A DNA stretch of 58,417 nucleotides. It comes from Phoronis australis (lineage: Eukaryota > Animalia > Phoronida). Made by a program: the position numbers and the translations under genes. Each line of letters begins with the position of its first letter. Position 1 is the stretch's first letter. The notes beneath the pieces were generated by a model. The model searched no databases, was not told where the DNA came from, and worked only from the letters and a program-made list of their open reading frames with translations. Positions 38,755 through 52,145 of the stretch are shown in pieces. The stretch is from positions 1-58,417 of the forward strand of contig NMRA01000444.1 of the NCBI GenBank assembly GCA_002633005.1. Direction: 5' to 3'.

Positions 38755-39780
38755 CATAGGCGGATTTAGGGGGGGGGGCCCAGGGCGCCCGGGCCCCCCC
38801 CCCTTGGCNNNNNNNNNNNNNNNNNNNNNNNNNNNNNNNNNNNNNNNNNNNNNNNNNNNNNNNNNNNNNNNNNNNNNNNNNNNNNNNNNNNNNNNNNNNN
38901 NNNNNNNNNNNNNNNNNNNNNNNNNNNNNNNNNNNNNNNNNNNNNNNNNNNNNNNNNNNNNNNNNNNNNNNNNNNNNNNNNNNNNNNNNNNNNNNNNNNN
39001 NNNNNNNNNNNNNNNNNNNNNNNNNNNNNNNNNNNNNNNNNNNNNNNNNNNNNNNNNNNNNNNNNNNNNNNNNNNNNNNNNNNNNNNNNNNNNNNNNNNN
39101 NNNNNNNNNNNNNNNNNNNNNNNNNNNNNNNNNNNNNNNNNNNNNNNNNNNNNNNNNNNNNNNNNNNNNNNNNNNNNNNNNNNNNNNNNNNNNNNNNNNN
39201 NNNNNNNNNNNNNNNNNNNNNNNNNNNNNNNNNNNNNNNNNNNNNNNNNNNNNNNNNNNNNNNNNNNNNNNNNNNNNNNNNNNNNNNNNNNNNNNNNNNN
39301 NNNNNNNNNNNNNNNNNNNNNNNNNNNNNNNNNNNNNNNNNNNNNNNNNNNNNNNNNNNNNNNNNNNNNNNNNNNNNNNNNNNNNNNNNNNNNNNNNNNN
39401 NNNNNNNNNNNNNNNNNNNNNNNNNNNNNNNNNNNNNNNNNNNNNNNNNNNNNNNNNNNNNNNNNNNNNNNNNNNNNNNNNNNNNNNNNNNNNNNNNNNN
39501 NNNNNNNNNNNNNNNNNNNNNNNNNNNNNNNNNNNNNNNNNNNNNNNNNNNNNNNNNNNNNTTTTTTTCTTGGATAATACTTCAGGAATCAAGGAAAATG
39601 CTTGATTTTTAGAGGTAAAAACAAAAAAATTTCCTGGGCGGGAGGGGGGTTTGCCCCCCTCCCGACCTCCCCCCATTCGGTGCTATGCGCATCTACAATC
39701 GTGGTTCAGTTTGCGCAAATGCTTCCAGCCGGACAAAATGTTGGGCCCCCCCCCCTTGTGATATCCTAGATCCGCCACTG
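38755..39780. mobile_element. hAT-like non-autonomous element spanning the assembly gap, 5-bp TSD CTTTT
   Basis: CATAGGCGGATTTAGG...CCTAGATCCGCCACTG termini; CTTTT at 38750-38754 and 39781-39785. Confidence 0.75.
38809..39561. other. Assembly gap (753 N)
   Basis: Run of N. Confidence 1.
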
Positions 39781-42700
39781 CTTTTGACTAATTCTTTGAA
39801 CTCAAAATCGTGAAGGAATGTACCTATGCAAAGAATTTGCAAAAAGTGTCAGAATCATGCGCATATACAATAGGATATCCACTCGCGCCTACCACAGAAG
39901 CATAAATTATGTGTTTATATGTGGAATATTTGAGTAGTTGTATGCGTATCCTATACACTTACCTATAATTCGGAAAATGCATTGACCCTGTTCATCAGCA
40001 CCACTCTTCACCTAGACGACCCTGGATAGTAATCTAATCCTTATCTGGGCATTTCATGTTTAAATTGACCACTTGTTACAGATGTACTTCCTTTAGGATG
40101 GCGACACAGATATTGCATGCTACAATGTACATTGTTGAATGTCAGTTGTGGAGCTCCTACTTGAACAGGTTGCTGATGGACAGTAGTGTATAGTGTAAAA
40201 TAAAAGTCTGTTGGACTGCACTGTGGTAGATGTTGATCTCAAAAGTAAAAGAAACACATAACATTGCAATTTAGTTCAACTCAAAGGCAGATAACGTTCA
40301 AGTTAGTTATAAATCAACAGCACAGTCTGCATGTACATTAGACTACTGACCACGGAAATGTCACCTGGAAATTAAGCGGAAACGGTTACAAGTAAATACA
40401 GTGTATAGTCGACTTTTGTAGGACCTGGTTGTATTGCTGAAAACTTACGAAATAATCAAGATGCTTTCGCAGTGGAGCTGAAGGTGCTCTGGCCCGTCAT
40501 CCAATCGACAATAAGTGCTCCTTCAGGAAAACTAAAGATCATTAAGCGCTCGAAAACACAGGAGACGTTGTTTGATACCTACTGCAGATCGCTCACTGAT
40601 CTGCAACTTCTGTGCAGGGCAAAACCGGAGAAGGGTCCCCTTTTTCACCAGACAGTCATTTCAATTGTTTAGAAATTGTAGCGTAATCTGGTATGAAGTC
40701 AAAAAATGACAACACCAAGAAAAAATCCTGCCTTGCTCACGTTTTGCTGGTCACTCGCTTTCCGAATGTCTTCAAGCCAGTCAAATCAATAAGGCTATAT
40801 TATTTACATGAGTACAGCTTTTTAATGCCGAACTGACATCTTTCACCGTTCAAGCTTAGTCCATGGTTCTCTAATCGTTTCAAAACAATCTGAGCGTACG
40901 AAAGTTCTAAGCCTGTAACGTGTAGGCTATACTATGATGTCCACAAAATTCTCGATTCCCTTGAAATTCCAGATAACACTCTAACTGTTAGATAAGTTTA
41001 GTTGTTTTGGGGATTCCAGAGACATTTAAGGTTTACGACACCCCCACTTCAAGTCTAGATAGGTAAAAATCATAAGGCTATTCCTGTTCTGCAGAATCTC
41101 ACTTACGAGTGACGTTTACTAACTACTTCATTAGCGGATAAGTGAATATCATCGTTTTCCTTTGCAATGACCATGACTGGAATAACCATGGAGTACATGT
41201 AGGGCTAGTAATAGGAGCTAGATCTAAATACTCGGGAGTCACACCTTTCCAAATAATACTGCTCCAGAGTAACCCACACCGCCTGCAAATATACATGTAA
41301 ATGCATATGTTTTAGTTTACAACAATATCAAGGTGCTCTCTCGAAAAAGGGAACCCCGTGAATACAAATATCCTATAGTAACAAACAAAAGCATGCACGT
41401 TCGAAACAGTTAACGAGCCTGTAAATCAAGACCCCCGCCCTTTGAACCAGGAACACCGGGGATCGGACAAGAAACCTTGACTTTTTCGGTTTTTTCATTG
41501 TCAGTTGCCTCTAACACCGAGTTAACGCCTTTTCAAGTACTTTCCTGATGATTTTTGCATATCTTTTAAAAGTCAACAATAAAACCTTACCTACTTTATA
41601 AAGAGTTTGTTACGGGATTTGTATCGGAAAAACTCTTGAAACTTGTCTGTGGGTCAACTTCATTATAATCTATACACCTAATACGTTGCTATTTCGGTGA
41701 ATCTTACTGTCATTCCAGTTAATTCAATAATTTTTAACTTTCAACAACATTTGACAGAAAGTGTGGGGTGATGTTTCAGCGTATGGTCCTATCATGAGGT
41801 TAAAGGTTGGGGTTCATGTTTTTCAGGTCGGTTACAGTGTAGCTGTTTTGAAGGTGAAGTAATATGTTTTCGTCTGCGGGATATCCGTTTTCACGAAGAT
41901 CCCTGTTTTGATGGAACACGCTGAATATGATACATGCATTATCTTTTGGTCAAGCAGAAGAAGCTAAGATACAAGAGATCATGAAACTCATCTGGCGACG
42001 AGTTGCTGTCGTCAGACGACTCGTCGCTGTCACGAAATTCCTCCTTGTCTCCATCAACAAATGTGCTCTTTGATGAGTTCAGTTAATTCTCACTGATCTT
42101 GATACGGCAGTCAGAGGCAAGAGTTAATCACTGAGATATCAGCTACACGGCGACCAGTCATCTTACTGTCTTGAAAACATGCCGTGACCTCGCGACCCCA
42201 CAGTTTCACACCCACTTAACTAGTTCTAGCGAATGAGGTCAGCGATGCATTGGGTTAAAAGGTCGTTGCTAGCTAAAAGACTGGTGAGTGACACTTCTGT
42301 TGAAAATACCCCGAATGCAAAAAGTGAAATAACGACTGTTGATTGGACAAAAAACTTACTACATGCATAATGAGCAGAGTTTGACCTTTCTGTTGATGCA
42401 TTTACGAGCGAATTGGGTCATCGGAAGACTGAGCAATGAGGACACGAAAACCGGCAAATTTCGATGAAAATTTCACGAGATATGCAGTCGTGGAGAAGGT
42501 GATGTATTTCAAAATGAAATAAATAAGATTTAAAATGAAGTTTGCTTGTTTGAAAGTATTGTTTTGTGAAGTAGAATGAATAAATAATCATAATCTGCAA
42601 TAAAAAATTGACCTAATTTTAACCGATAGCGACTGTTTGCAGTCTGGTCGGGAAATAGAGTTTCCGACTTAAGACTCATTTTGTGGTGGTGGGTCACATA

Positions 42701-45700
42701 TTTCTATTGCACGGTTAAACACGAATTGATACTTTATCGAAGCTTTGGCTGAAATAATTAGCACCGTTTGTCCCCTTGCTGTCAATGATTTGTTCGACGA
42801 ATAATGAATACTTGAAGACACTCTGTAGAATTTAAGTGATACTGTGATCATTTTTGGGGATTGCGTTTTAAATAACGCGTCCCACGTGTACTCATCTGAA
42901 ATGTAGATGGTTTCTGAGTTTTCGCCAGCAGAACTTTACCTATAGTTTTTTATATTTGTTAATTAAGAATTTGCAACAGCTCACCCAACTATTAGCAAAG
43001 AAGCATTAGCTGGAATGAACAATTTTGGCACATTTTATCACGGTTTGAATGTACATGTAAATCTTCATCTTCAACATGAAAGTGGAACTCTAACTACCAC
43101 TTTGTTCCCCAAACATTAGGTATAAGTGGCGCGCGGATGCTTTAAGCATAATGTGTTCACCCTTACAAAAGAGGCTTCTTTTATGGCACGATCCCTTTAT
43201 TTTGACCGTTGGATGCAACTGATAAATAAGACATTACACCTCACAGTTGTCACACGAGTTAAGCTTCCAATATAACAGTCAAACGCCATTAGTACAGTGT
43301 ATATGACTTGAAACTGAGGTGTACCTGATTGGTCAGGTCTGAGTGACAAGCACTGCAAACTGGCTTTAGTTGGATGATCCGTGTGGGCGGAATAGAACAG
43401 CAGCAAGCCAGCGGACGGGGCCACTGTATCCTTAGTGCAAGACGGGACCTGTCACATGAAGCGCTGCAACTTCTTGTCATTTGATCAGAAAACCCGTCCT
43501 GAAGGAATTGATCTATCGCCAAGATTTTGAGTGACGGCTTAACTGACCATTTAGAAAGAAGCATTATTGACACACCTTCGTTTTCAAGCCGCCATTTTAC
43601 CCGACAAACAACACATTGCCTAGTAAAACATACAATATAAATCAAATTGTACTATTTCGGAATTCCCCTCTATTTGCACGTAGTTTCGTAAATATTAAGG
43701 GACAGCATGGTTCAGGGGAATGAATAAGACTTTCGCACAGTTGTTTGAACCTGGTATGATCTACTATCACAGCTAATACATTTGGAATTCCCTGACATCA
43801 ATACCTGAATCAGATAGGTTGCCTGAATCCCGAGAACAGTTTTGATTTCGCATCTTTTCTGAGTGTTATTTTTGGCGATGAAAATACAAAACCTATCACA
43901 GTTAGGAATTTCAGGACCAAAATGGGAGTGAATATGCCCAGTTTTGATTTTTATGACAGTTGAACAAGGAGGGTAATGTTTCAGTAATTGCATAATTGTC
44001 TCAGGAGATCCATTTTCGATTGAGGATATAAAGATGAGCTTTCATCATACATGTCGCCTTGGGTTTGTGTCACAGTTGTCGTTACATGCCATGATATCCC
44101 TTTCTGGGCAAAAAATTCATTGCCCAATCCATAGTCACTGGCGCCTGATATGTTGAAAGATTGCTGACAACATCTGCTTTAGCCTGATCCTGCTTCAAAT
44201 ACCTATAAATTTGTAACAGCGAAATAAAACAATACAATTTTATAAGAACTCGGTGTATTTTTAATCATTTTACACCAAAGTTTGATGATTTATTGGTATT
44301 AAACGATGAATTTAAGCGCTAAGCTGACACCAGTAACGTGTGTTATGAACTGCGGAACAGATTGTGTGTGAAACCAAGGATGTCATCGGATAATTTCAAC
44401 ACCTCACTCCGCCCTCAGGTCAGTATCACGTAACGAAACCGAACATGCCTTTATCGTGAAGAACCACTCGGTCTAAATTGGTACAAAAAAGGTGTATTTT
44501 GGGGTGGCATGCTCCTTTAACTCTGGGTAGGATTCCCACGCGAAAGAACTGAACTCCATACATGTAGTTGCCCCAAGTGCGAGAGAGAGATAGAGGGCAA
44601 ATAGAGACAGTACGTATAATTCATAACAATAAGAGAAATAAAATAAAGCACATTTATATGTCAGTGGTTTAATAAAAAGGGCCTACCCAGTAAATAAAAT
44701 ATAATAAAATAAAATGAATAATTTTTTGATAAGCTGTTGAAATAACTGTGTTCAGTGCTTTCAGCACATTATGTTTTTACAGTCATGGTACACGTAAAAG
44801 AACACAAAGCTCCTATAAACCATGTCCTATTGTCAAGTACAACAGCAATTTTGTACAAAAAGGTTTCTCACCAAGAGCACTACAACAGCAAGTGAAGGGT
44901 CACCCGTAGAATGTTAGACTACCAGTTTGACAGCAGAGACATCTATTGGGGAACAGGGCAACACACGCAATGCACTGAAGATCATTCGGTATTTAAAATC
45001 ACAAATTTTTCTCAAGACAAACGAACATTTTTTGCCACTCGACCTTCAGATCTTGCGCAGTGTGAGTGTTTTCTAATGACCGGAGGTCGAGTGAAAATAC
45101 TCACATGGCGTATCAACCATAAATGTGGAAAAACGCGCACTCGTGATAACACACGAATCCGTGTGTTGTTCAGCCTCACTTCAAAGGGTAACATCTTCAC
45201 ATCAATTGATAGGTGGCGTTGTGACAAATGGTAAGAACGATAGAACGTAGTCCACACAGATGATTTTCAAACTTGTTGATTCGATGACATCGTGTAAAGT
45301 ATTAGCATGCAGCGCCATCTATTAAGAATATTAATGCCAATGTGACATTGGGATTCTGTGGCCATATTCTTTATACACATTAGGTCTCGTGATGTGACTA
45401 AACAGACATCGGGTTAAAACATGTAAACTGATTGCAACTTCAAGACGTCCTATCTTTTGCCTCACGACAAAATTAACAATTTAATATTTACGATTGTAAT
45501 CTCCGACGTGACAGAGCTCTGTCTTTACCATGTGACTCGAAGAAAGTGACGTTTGATTGGTTTTTAAGACTCCCGTTATTTCTCACTCGACTTAAAAAAC
45601 ACAGTAGTGCGCTGTCAGGTGTGATGTCTACCTTTCAACAAAAAGGCTGTCGATTTTTTTGTGTGCTTTTGTGAAAATATCACTCTTGTATTTTGGCATG

Positions 45701-46199
45701 GACAAGTGACCCAGATATCCAGCTCTTCAATTCAGTGTCTTTCATTGTCTAATGTTGACAACTACATATATATATATATATCAGATGTGGCAAATATTGC
45801 AATAATTCCAGAGTCCACTTTCTTTAGTAATATCACAATCCTAAAAGGTGTTCCAATATATCTTGCTTTAAGTTAGTGTAACACACTGCCGCGGTATGTG
45901 GCAGGACAACTAATTGTTTGATGAAGAAATGATTTTATTTATCGAGTGATACAGAATGTCCTATGCTGACACCCAAGTAGTGATCTATCTGCAGTACATC
46001 GTAGTCATGAATGTAAAATGCATTTCTATAAAATAACAGAGTTTTAACACCACTTGTGAAGAGTAAAAGCACAAACACTCACATTAACACTTCCCAATTT
46101 CGTCTGATTTCAATCAACGATAAATCCATAAATGTCACCAGAGGATTATCCTACTTCATATCCTAACGACATCATTTTCATTTCTGTAACTCCCTAAAA

Positions 46200-47620
46200 T
46201 GAAAGACTACAAGTACAGTTATACTTAATTTTGTATGCTAGGGTTAATATGTGATTAATTCATAAAACAAAGTATACAGACAACATTAGCCTCACATTCT
46301 TATCAACTAATAAAGGGTTGTTGTATTCCATATTTGAAAACCAAGATTGTTTTTCGTTCCAAAATGCAACTGCATGCCCAAATTCCAAAAACATGTGATC
46401 AATAGTCCTCGATAGTACACAAAGCTGGCACTTGTCATTTCGCATTGTTCTCATTTTATTTAAATGTATCTTATGTACATCAGTAAATTTGCCAACACGT
46501 TTCAAACCCTTCCTCGACAGTCTGTTTAAATCAATGAGACTATAGACTTCCTTATGAGTCAATTGTTTCAACACGTCTCGAAACATGCCTCGGCAGTCGT
46601 TATAATCAATATGGCGATAATCTTCCCTATGAATAAATTGTATCAATTCTCTTCAAAACTTGCCTCGCCAGTATGCTATAATCAATATCGACTAAAAACA
46701 ATCTTATGAATCAACTGTTCCAACACATTGCAAAACGTCCCTTGCCAGTTTGTCAATCAATATTGACATCGACTGGAAATTTTTCTGATTGATTTAGACT
46801 TTGTCTCATTTTTGCATGTGTCATATTTCTCGACGTCGGTAAACAAGTGTCATCGATCAGGTGTTTCCCCAAGGTATGAGCCTTTTTGATCAATAGGCTG
46901 GTCGATCAAAGTCAAGTGGGATAAACACTTTGAAATGGACCCACACTGCGAAGCACCTTTTGTTGCTTAAATTCCTAAGATATCACTGCATGGAAAATCG
47001 ATGAAAGAAATATTCAATCAGTCAGTAATATTTTTGCTGTCACATAGTCCTCGCTGTGAATATTTCATTAGATCATGTCATTTTTATACCAATGCTGTTA
47101 ATATATCTTCGAATCTCTTGACCTTTTTAACTTGACGTTTCATAGCTAATGTGGGGCTTTAGAACATTCCAATTCTACAGAGAATTGCAAAAATAGGTTC
47201 ATGGGCCGATATTCGGAAAAGGATTTTTTTAAATCGTCAAATTAACCCAATTTTATTTTCGGATAGGAATGATTGAATTCTCAGACTTTGCCAAACATCC
47301 TAAACTAAAAAGGATTTTAAACCAAACATTCTTTTTAATACTATATTTGTAATGGTATTACAGTAAAAGGCATTTTATTTGCTCGTTCTCAACTATTTCA
47401 GAACAAACTATACAGATTCTCAAGACATGTAGACATTAATTTAAAATATGCCCATAAGCATACTATATGAATTCTTCCAAAAATGTGACACCACAGTCTT
47501 TCTTTTGGGTACACGTGTTCCACGTGATTACTTTTTTCGGAATTAGTGTGTAGTGGAAAAATTGGCTGCTTATCTGTGACATCCTAGCCTTCCGTGGCAG
47601 TAGTGTGTCAAGATTTTCAG
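46200..47620 (-). mobile_element. Degenerate L1/Tx1-type non-LTR retrotransposon, ORF2 3' part
   Basis: LNKM..NDKCQLC..TIDHMFLE..FWN resembles the ORF2 C-terminal Zn-knuckle; KKVITWNTCTQKKDCG resembles the post-RT W..C.PK..GG motif. Confidence 0.7.
46552..46770. repeat. About 76-bp degenerate tandem repeat x3
   Basis: Units start (t)tatga.t.aa.tgt and contain gccag/ggcag..aatcaatat. Confidence 0.6.
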
Positions 47621-50146
47621 AATGTCATACATGTATACCTAGATAAATGTATACAATGCTGGCAAATTTAATAGTTTTGAGGCATGAAAGTTAACACTAA
47701 TTTTACACCATTCGGTTTAGCTAAACTAATGTAAATAAATCACTTATCACAAAAATATTGTACCTTGCAGACACCTTGCATTGGGAAATGAGTATTTTAA
47801 AAATGGACAGCTCTATTCACTTAATCCGACAAAGATAACTGGTTGCTTATTCGTCTATCGTTTTGTGGGATTAATAACGTGGTGAACGATTTCAGTGCAT
47901 ACACCTGAACGATTACGTTACTAGGAAGTCCTTGCACAATGTTCATGTTAAATTCATTTTTGAAAAATATTAGTGTGCAAGTGTTGTTTATTAAAATATG
48001 TGAAGGTCTCGTGTACTTTTTGCAAAATATTTGATCGTTTATGTCGTTTTATAGCCTATTGTAAACATGATGAAGCCCTATGTAACATGTATATTCTACC
48101 CGTTTTTTGTTTCTTTCACAAGAGTTTTGTGAAAAAAGAAGATCAGAAACAAGATAAAAAAGCAAATTTAAATTAAAAATTCCTGTTTCAAAATCGTTAT
48201 AAGCCACTATCATTCACAAAATGTTCTTGAGGCTGAATTGTCCAATTAGATTTCGGTCTAGTTTTCTAACACATTGCTCTGCCTAAGAATTTCACTAAAG
48301 GATAAGGCGACTGTCCACTTCCGTGAGACCTAATAAAGATCAAATAAAACAAAAAATAAATAATAAGTGCTTCGGAATAAATGCATACATGTATGTATCC
48401 AAACCCGTCGTTTGGCTTGAAAGAATATCTATTAGAATCAACACAGATCAGCAAAGGGAAATAATGATCATCAATGTGTAAACAAGGAGACAACCAAAAA
48501 CGTCGAGTCAAGTAGAGTTGTGACATCCTACACCTGAATAGAGGTATATTTTGTTGTATCAGCCAGCGTTCTTTCTCTACTCAACTTCTGTATTGATCTC
48601 AAACAACAGCAAACGAATTCGTTATTGACCTTGTCGATTGTAACCGCTGGCGATAGTTGAATGAAAAATTGAGTGAAACTGTAAACAACGATCTCCAACG
48701 GTCATATAATCAATTTCAATTTATTCTGTTTTTATTCTATCTGAAGCAAATCCTCGTGTTTTGTTGAACTTTTTTAACCAAAGAACTGCATTTTATTAAT
48801 GCTACGTGTTGTGTATGCCACGTTACCTTAGCATACGGACAACAACCTTGAAAGGGGCAAATGTGACGTTTTGGGCAGGAAAGGAAGTAATCGTTTACCT
48901 TCAAAAATTATGGCAATTGAGAAAATCACACTTTCTGGTTTCTTGAATTCATGTAAAGGGCGTGTTTCATGTATGGCGACTGTTTTGGGGAATGCGTTGG
49001 AAAAAATTCTAGGAAATACAGTTTCTTGTTGCTTTTGAATGAGAAAAGCCAAACTTTCTAACCGTGACCTGTTTTGATGGAAAATCTGGGCCAAAGGTTT
49101 AGTTTCAACCCCTGTCGCCTCCTGTTTGATAAAGTAGGTATGGTTTATTGTGGCTGACCAACATATCAAAATTGCCAAAATGTGGCTGCTAATAGGTATT
49201 TTGCTTCAGCATTTTATAATCTAAAGAGAATGGGCATTCTGGATGTGTAGTCATATTACTTAACGCTTGGATATAAGTGACAATTTTGGAAAAATATCAC
49301 CAAAGTTGGCTATTTTCCCTTTTTTATATGCCCGAATGTTTTTGCTGTAAATTAACAGATAAAATTGTAACATTATCAAGTTTCGATTATCTTGAGTAGT
49401 GAGTTGGAAATGCTGCAAAACCCTTTGGTTTTTCAGACAGTTGATACCGATGTGCAGAATGGACTCTTTTCCAATAAGGTGTGTGTCAGCAGTCAAGACC
49501 CTGTGATACATGTACCTGCAGTCTGGCACTATAAGAACACAGCGCAATGTATATAATGTACATGTAACATCCTGTGTAAAGCGCCTCGTAGTATGCACTG
49601 ATGGTGACGTGAGGATGAACTGATGTCAATTTTTTTCCGAGGTATTGCGTTGTTGTCGGATCGAGAAATGAATTTTTCGGTGATAGTTGAAAAAATATCA
49701 CCAAAAGAAGTTTAACATTTTACTAACAAAACATAAATTACCAAGTGACCAGGTTGGTTTTTGTTTCATAGTCAGAAAACCACTCTGATCAACGCAATTT
49801 AGTCTGTTTTGTATTCCAAATTAAATGACACTAATTGAAATCACTTGAAAAGAGGCAAACAATTCGCATACTGACATGTAAATACGAAACTCTGCGCCTA
49901 AAGGAAAATGTTGAGTACAGCATTGGAATACATGTACAACGGAACGAAATTTGTGAGCTTTGGAATTTTTAAAGAAAACGTGGATGTTGTCAATTTCCTT
50001 GACTTCAAAATGTGCACGTGGACAAAAAACACACATTACATGTACCTATTGATTCTACATGAAGGCTTAGTAAACATTTTGAGCAATGTGCATGTTATTC
50101 CAGCTTAGCTCAAAAAATCCTAAAAGTAAGCAGATTAATTAATTTC

Positions 50147-50278
50147 CAGTGGCAGGTATAGGTCGGGGCCAAGGATATTCCAATTGGCATTTTGAGGGTG
50201 CGAATGTCGGACGGGCAAAAATTCTGGCTAAAACTTTGCCCTGACCACCTCTAATATAAAATCCTGAATCCTCCCCTG
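50147..50278 (+). mobile_element. hAT-like MITE (older copy)
   Basis: Homologous to 35026-35177 and 51998-52145. Confidence 0.7.
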
Positions 50279-51997
50279 ACATCTACTGTCCGTACCCCAA
50301 TGGGGCGCTGTGTGCCACTTCTTTGTACATGGGGCAAAAAGTGCGTGTCTAACGAAATATCGTAGCCTGATTTTTTTAAGATAACTGTGATTTTGAGATT
50401 TAGCCAGTCACGTCTCTTTCACTCTGTCTGATGACCCCAAGGTCGATTCGCAATACGCACATCCTTTTGTTTTCGACACAGCCAAATACTGCACTCTTTG
50501 GCTGTATGAAATAATATTTTGGCAATGACGTGATAGCGTGTCACGATCTCATTCCTTCTCTTTTCCTCAAGTGCAGGCAGGACCATGCAGAGTAAAGGGC
50601 AAGTGTGGGAAATATGGACCCAGTAATGAAAACGCGGTCGGTTGAAACGTTGAAGGCAGGGAAAAGGGGTGAGACCGGGAGGGGTCGAGACTAGGAGACT
50701 CAGCAAAAGACTGGCAAAAGAACCTTTTCCAAGAACCAGGACATTTTCATTATTCAGTTACCCAGTTTTTCACAATACGTCTGAACGCACTTCAGCACGT
50801 ATTGTTTGTCTCATGTACTTCGAGAACATAATATTATGCATAAGATTATCTAGAGCTTGGAAAGTTTCAAATTGATGATTCCACTGGCTTAGTTTATGTC
50901 AATGTGCTGACCAACAAATTGACAATAGATTCTAAGTACAGGCCACGCTCTAGCTCCTCACGTACTGTATACTGTAATGTTTTAGTATCCTGTGCAGCTC
51001 AAGTTAATGCATGTCCACCAAATGAAAAGTAAGATGGAATTAGATGTTTATTTTTAACGTAATGTACCTGTGCATGTTCAAGATAAAACAGCCTATTTTT
51101 GGAGATAAAGCAACAGAAAGGAAACTTTAATTTACATGTACTGTTGGCCGCCACCGTGCAATAAATAAACGAAAGTGTTTCATTGCCCATTCTAGAACTG
51201 AGTACCTGATAGACGGTTTTGTACAACTTCATCAACTCGTTTTTACAATAGTAGAAAAGTTGGAGGCAGAACAACCAATGGGTTGGCCATAGCGTTGGCC
51301 TTTCATGAACTGTATCGCCAGTCTACGGTTGCAGTCCTAGATACATTTGTAGTCTTGTCAAGTGCCTGCTCAATTAGGGCCAATTGAATGATTGTAGGCA
51401 CTTGACCGTAAATGTGAATCGGCTAATTTAACAAGGCAATTTAAGCATAAAAACAGATATTAAAACGAAGGTTGAGGCAACAGTGTTGCAGTAACATTAC
51501 CAAGTGTGGACACGTGGAATCTGCATGTAGCGCCACATACGTGGTTTTTACGTGGTTATATGGTGGTGTGTGATGTAATTAAATGATGAAATGGAAAATT
51601 TTATAAGAGTTTTTATTTGATTTAACAACTTATCTGGGTCTTTTTGAAATTTTGAATAACTCTATTACTTTTACGTACGTTGACTACTTCACTTGATATT
51701 TTTATATAACCAATAAAGTGGATATAGTCAGGTATGGTCAAGAAGGAATCGTGAATTAATTCTGATAAGTCATGTCTACAGGCTTAATATTCGTGCGAAT
51801 AATTTATTTGTGAACTTCACGGCTTTTGTTATGATTATTAAAAACGCAATCTCCCTATTGTAGGTACGTGACAAAACGCATTTTAAAGTTAAAACAGGAT
51901 AAGGTTGAACTTATTAGGTTAACCAAGACGTACATGTATGAAGAATACTTTTGCTGGCTTTACTAGTTAAAAATGTTTAATATACCTCGTCATTAAT

Positions 51998-52145
51998 CAG
52001 TGGCAGACGTAGAGGGGCCCAAGGGGACCATGGCCACCCCTAAAATTCCATTTGGTAGTACGGGGGTGTGAATGTCTGTCGGGCAAAATCCTGGCTAATA
52101 CTTTGCCCTGGCCCCTCTTAACTCAAAATCCTGGATCCGCCTTTG
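51998..52145 (+). mobile_element. hAT-like MITE with 5-bp TSD TTAAT
   Basis: CAGTGGC...GGATCCGCCTTTG ends, TTAAT on both sides. Confidence 0.75.

Larger units (their letters stand above)
36770..44200 (-). pseudogene. Probable heavily decayed minus-strand gene of unknown family
   Basis: Repeated coding-like stretches broken by stops and frameshifts, with splice-like junctions near 44200, 41590 and 39822. The frame TFLHDFEFKELVK|RLDANAKAES is restored when the 38755-39780 insertion is removed. Confidence 0.4.

Noticed and set aside
38726-39676. 316-aa and 279-aa ORFs in the track
   Set aside because: Artefacts of the N gap
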